A program made the translations under genes and the position numbers. Positions 61,961 to 64,000 of a stretch of DNA of 64,000 bases are shown here, piece by piece. The DNA is taken from NCBI GenBank assembly GCA_965232515.1, contig CBDDPY010000002.1, forward strand, positions 4,320,001 through 4,384,000. Reading direction: 5' to 3'. Below the pieces are notes generated by a model. That model saw nothing but the letters and a program-made list of their open reading frames with translations. It made no database searches and was not told the origin of the DNA. The stretch's first letter is position 1; each line of letters begins with the position of its first letter. Source of the DNA: Alphaproteobacteria bacterium. Its GTDB lineage: Bacteria > Pseudomonadota > Alphaproteobacteria > GCA-2731375.

Positions 61961-62527
61961 TCACCGGAGACCGCTTTCAACCATGCGCTTGAACGCCGTT
62001 TGCTGTGCTTCCGCCAGCGACGTCGGCGCCACCAAGCGCACGTAGATATTGCCCTTTACGCTTTCGAGGATCGCGCCGAGCAAGGTAATGCCCGGGACAG
62101 GTGTTTTCGGACCGCCCGGCATGCCGGAGAGGAAGGTGCCGCTGCCTTGGAAGTAATGCACCTGTTGGCCGGCAACCTCCTCGACCGTCACGACGGCCGC
62201 TTGCCGCGCGTCAGGCTCGGCGAACTGCTGCCGCCAGCGCTCGATGTTCGCCTCGGCGGAGCCGCCGCGACCGGGACCGAAATAGAAGAAGATACAGGAC
62301 CCATCGGGTCCATCGCCCGGATTGACGATGCGGAACTGCGCCTGGCGCATCGATGATTGCGGCGGCTCACTCTGCCAGCCCACGGGAGCCTCGAATTCGA
62401 AGGCGCCCGCCCGGAAGGTCTCTGCCGTCGCCGATGTGACAACGAAAAAGAACAAAATAAGAACAATCGTTGGCAAACAGTGCGCCTGCCGATAACGCCG
62501 ACCATTGCCGTTGATGGAGTCATGCAT
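61961..62527 (-). CDS. Hypothetical secreted protein
   Basis: Hydrophobic signal ending ATA-E; P.GW...SSMR.AQF and FYFG..GG...ANIERW..QF; start uncertain. Confidence 0.7.
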   Translation of the reverse strand: MHDSINGNGRRYRQAHCLPTIVLILFFFVVTSATAETFRAGAFEFEAPVGWQSEPPQSSMRQAQFRIVNPGDGPDGSCIFFYFGPGRGGSAEANIERWRQQFAEPDARQAAVVTVEEVAGQQVHYFQGSGTFLSGMPGGPKTPVPGITLLGAILESVKGNIYVRLVAPTSLAEAQQTAFKRMVESGLR

Positions 62528-62648
62528 TGCCGGGCAGCCTTCCGCCATAGTCTCGCCTGATGTCGGATTATGACCAGAGCGCGGACCGGCAACCAGCCCC
62601 CGGTCCGTCACGTTCCCGTGTCGAGGTCCGCGCTCGGCGGCCCAAGCG

Positions 62649-62789
62649 TTACAGCCGCAGTCCCACGCCGCAGTCGGTCTTCTGGTTCGCGCCGCCACGG
62701 CATTCGAGGAAGGTTCGGTCGCAGGCCGAGAGGGCCAGAAGCGACAGAACGACAAGAACGCCGCCGCAGCGTGCGAAAAGTCGTCGCAT
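62649..62789 (-). CDS. Putative 46-aa lipoprotein
   Basis: MRRLFARCGGVLVVLSLLALSAC-DRTFLECRGGANQKTDCGVGLRL; lipobox LSAC. Confidence 0.6.
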   Translation of the reverse strand: MRRLFARCGGVLVVLSLLALSACDRTFLECRGGANQKTDCGVGLRL

Positions 62790-62919
62790 GACGTCAATAT
62801 AGGGCGATTTCCGTCCGATTTCGGCCGGTTTCTTCGGCTGTGGGCGTGACATCGGCGCGGCACGCGGTCTAAAGTCGCGACCTTGGTTAACGCCAATCGG
62901 GAATTCTAGGGAGCGCGGC

Positions 62920-63618
62920 ATGGCCGGCAAGGAAATCAACATCAGCTGTGACGATGGCGAGTTCATGGGATATCTGGCGCTGCCGGCTTCCGGCAGTGGT
63001 CCGGGCATCGTCGTGATCCAGGAAATCTTCGGTGTGAACGCCGTTATGCGGGAAATCACCGATATGTATGCAAATGCCGGTTTCATGGCGCTGTGTCCGG
63101 ACCTGTTCTGGCGCCAGGAGCCGGGCGTCAACATCACCGACCAGTCGGAAGAGGAATGGCAGAAGGCGTTCCAGCTCTATCAGGGCTTCGATGTCGACAA
63201 GGGCATCGGGGACATCGGTGCCAGCATCGCCGCCTTGCGGGCCATGGACGGCTGCACGGGCAAGATCGGCTCGACCGGCTATTGCCTGGGCGGCCTGCTC
63301 GCCTATCTGACGGCCTGCCGGACGGACGCAGCTGCCTCTGTCGGTTATTACGGTGTCGGCATCGAGGAGAAACTGGGCGAAGCGGCGAATATGACCGGCC
63401 AAGTGATGCTGCATATCGCCGAGGAGGACGGCTTCGTGCCGAAAGAGGCCCAGGCCAAGATCAAGGACGCGCTCGGCGGCAATCCGAAGGTCACGATCCA
63501 CAGCTATCCGGGCATGGACCATGCCTTCTGCCGCATGGGCGGCCAGCATTACGACCAGGCGGCCGCCGATATGGCAAACAGCCGCACGCTGGACTTTTTC
63601 AACCAACAACTTACCTAA
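62920..63618 (+). CDS. Dienelactone hydrolase family protein
   Basis: VIQEIFGVN, PDLFWR, GYCLGG, YPGMDHAF. Confidence 0.93.
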   Translation: MAGKEINISCDDGEFMGYLALPASGSGPGIVVIQEIFGVNAVMREITDMYANAGFMALCPDLFWRQEPGVNITDQSEEEWQKAFQLYQGFDVDKGIGDIGASIAALRAMDGCTGKIGSTGYCLGGLLAYLTACRTDAAASVGYYGVGIEEKLGEAANMTGQVMLHIAEEDGFVPKEAQAKIKDALGGNPKVTIHSYPGMDHAFCRMGGQHYDQAAADMANSRTLDFFNQQLT

Positions 63619-63697
63619 ACGTCACATCGGGGCGGCGCCGGTCCGGCGCCGCCGTACTTTTCCAACAACCAAAAAATTGCTCAAACGGGGGAGCAGC

Positions 63698-64000
63698 ATG
63701 AACGTACGCGCAATCCAATTCGACAAGACCGGCGGCCCATCGGTGCTGAAGTGGCGGGAGGTCACACTCGGCAAGCCGAAAAAGGGCGAGGCGCTGGTAC
63801 GTCACACGGCTATCGGCCTGAACTATATCGACACCTATCAGCGTTCCGGCCTCTATCCGTTGCCGCTGCCGAGCGGTCTCGGCCTGGAAGGCGCCGGCGT
63901 CGTCGAGGCGGTCGGTGCCGGGGTGACCCATGTCAAGCCGGGTGACCGCGTCGCCTATGCTGGCGGCATGCCCGGCGCCTATGCGGAGGCCCGGGTGATG
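63698..64000 (+). CDS. qor: NADPH:quinone oxidoreductase (N-terminal part, truncated)
   Basis: MNVRAIQFDKTGGPSVL, AIGLNYIDTYQRSGLYP, GLEGAGVV. Confidence 0.9.
   Translation, partial: MNVRAIQFDKTGGPSVLKWREVTLGKPKKGEALVRHTAIGLNYIDTYQRSGLYPLPLPSGLGLEGAGVVEAVGAGVTHVKPGDRVAYAGGMPGAYAEARVM

Noticed and set aside
63631-63654. Hairpin ggcggcgccgg-t-ccggcgccgcc after the dienelactone hydrolase gene
   Set aside because: Plausibly an ordinary terminator or stabiliser; nothing unusual.

Overview
GC-rich alphaproteobacterial chromosome segment close to the replication origin. The right third holds the core block yggS/thiE-like/porins/DUF3576-leuS-lptE-holA and mnmE-mnmG-rsmG-parA-parB, with two perfect parS palindromes. 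The left two-thirds mixes core genes (cenR-like regulator, ribA) with accessory metabolism: two peptide-family ABC transporters, a two-subunit CoA-transferase, SDRs, amidase, GST, an ECF sigma factor, an adenylate cyclase, and an ArsR-linked block with a Zn-type hemB. It also contains one intact IS5-family element and several unrelated palindromic repeat families. No rRNA, tRNA, CRISPR array or prophage was recognised. Most notable observations: (1) a 263-bp structured MITE-like element in codons 2-3 of mnmG, just behind a near-consensus leaderless promoter, whose terminal repeat supplies stop codons, a Shine-Dalgarno-like sequence and a new in-frame ATG; (2) a triplet of porin paralogues with complementary loop-versus-barrel divergence and a traceable tandem-duplication junction, flanked by methyl-, glycosyl- and sulfotransferases and a 2OG-oxygenase-like gene; (3) a repeated operator linking an ArsR regulator to a promoter 4.8 kb away; (4) an apparent ATC start codon. 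All calls come from reading motifs by eye; no database searches were run, and starts were often reassigned from the ORF track using RBS position and family N-termini.
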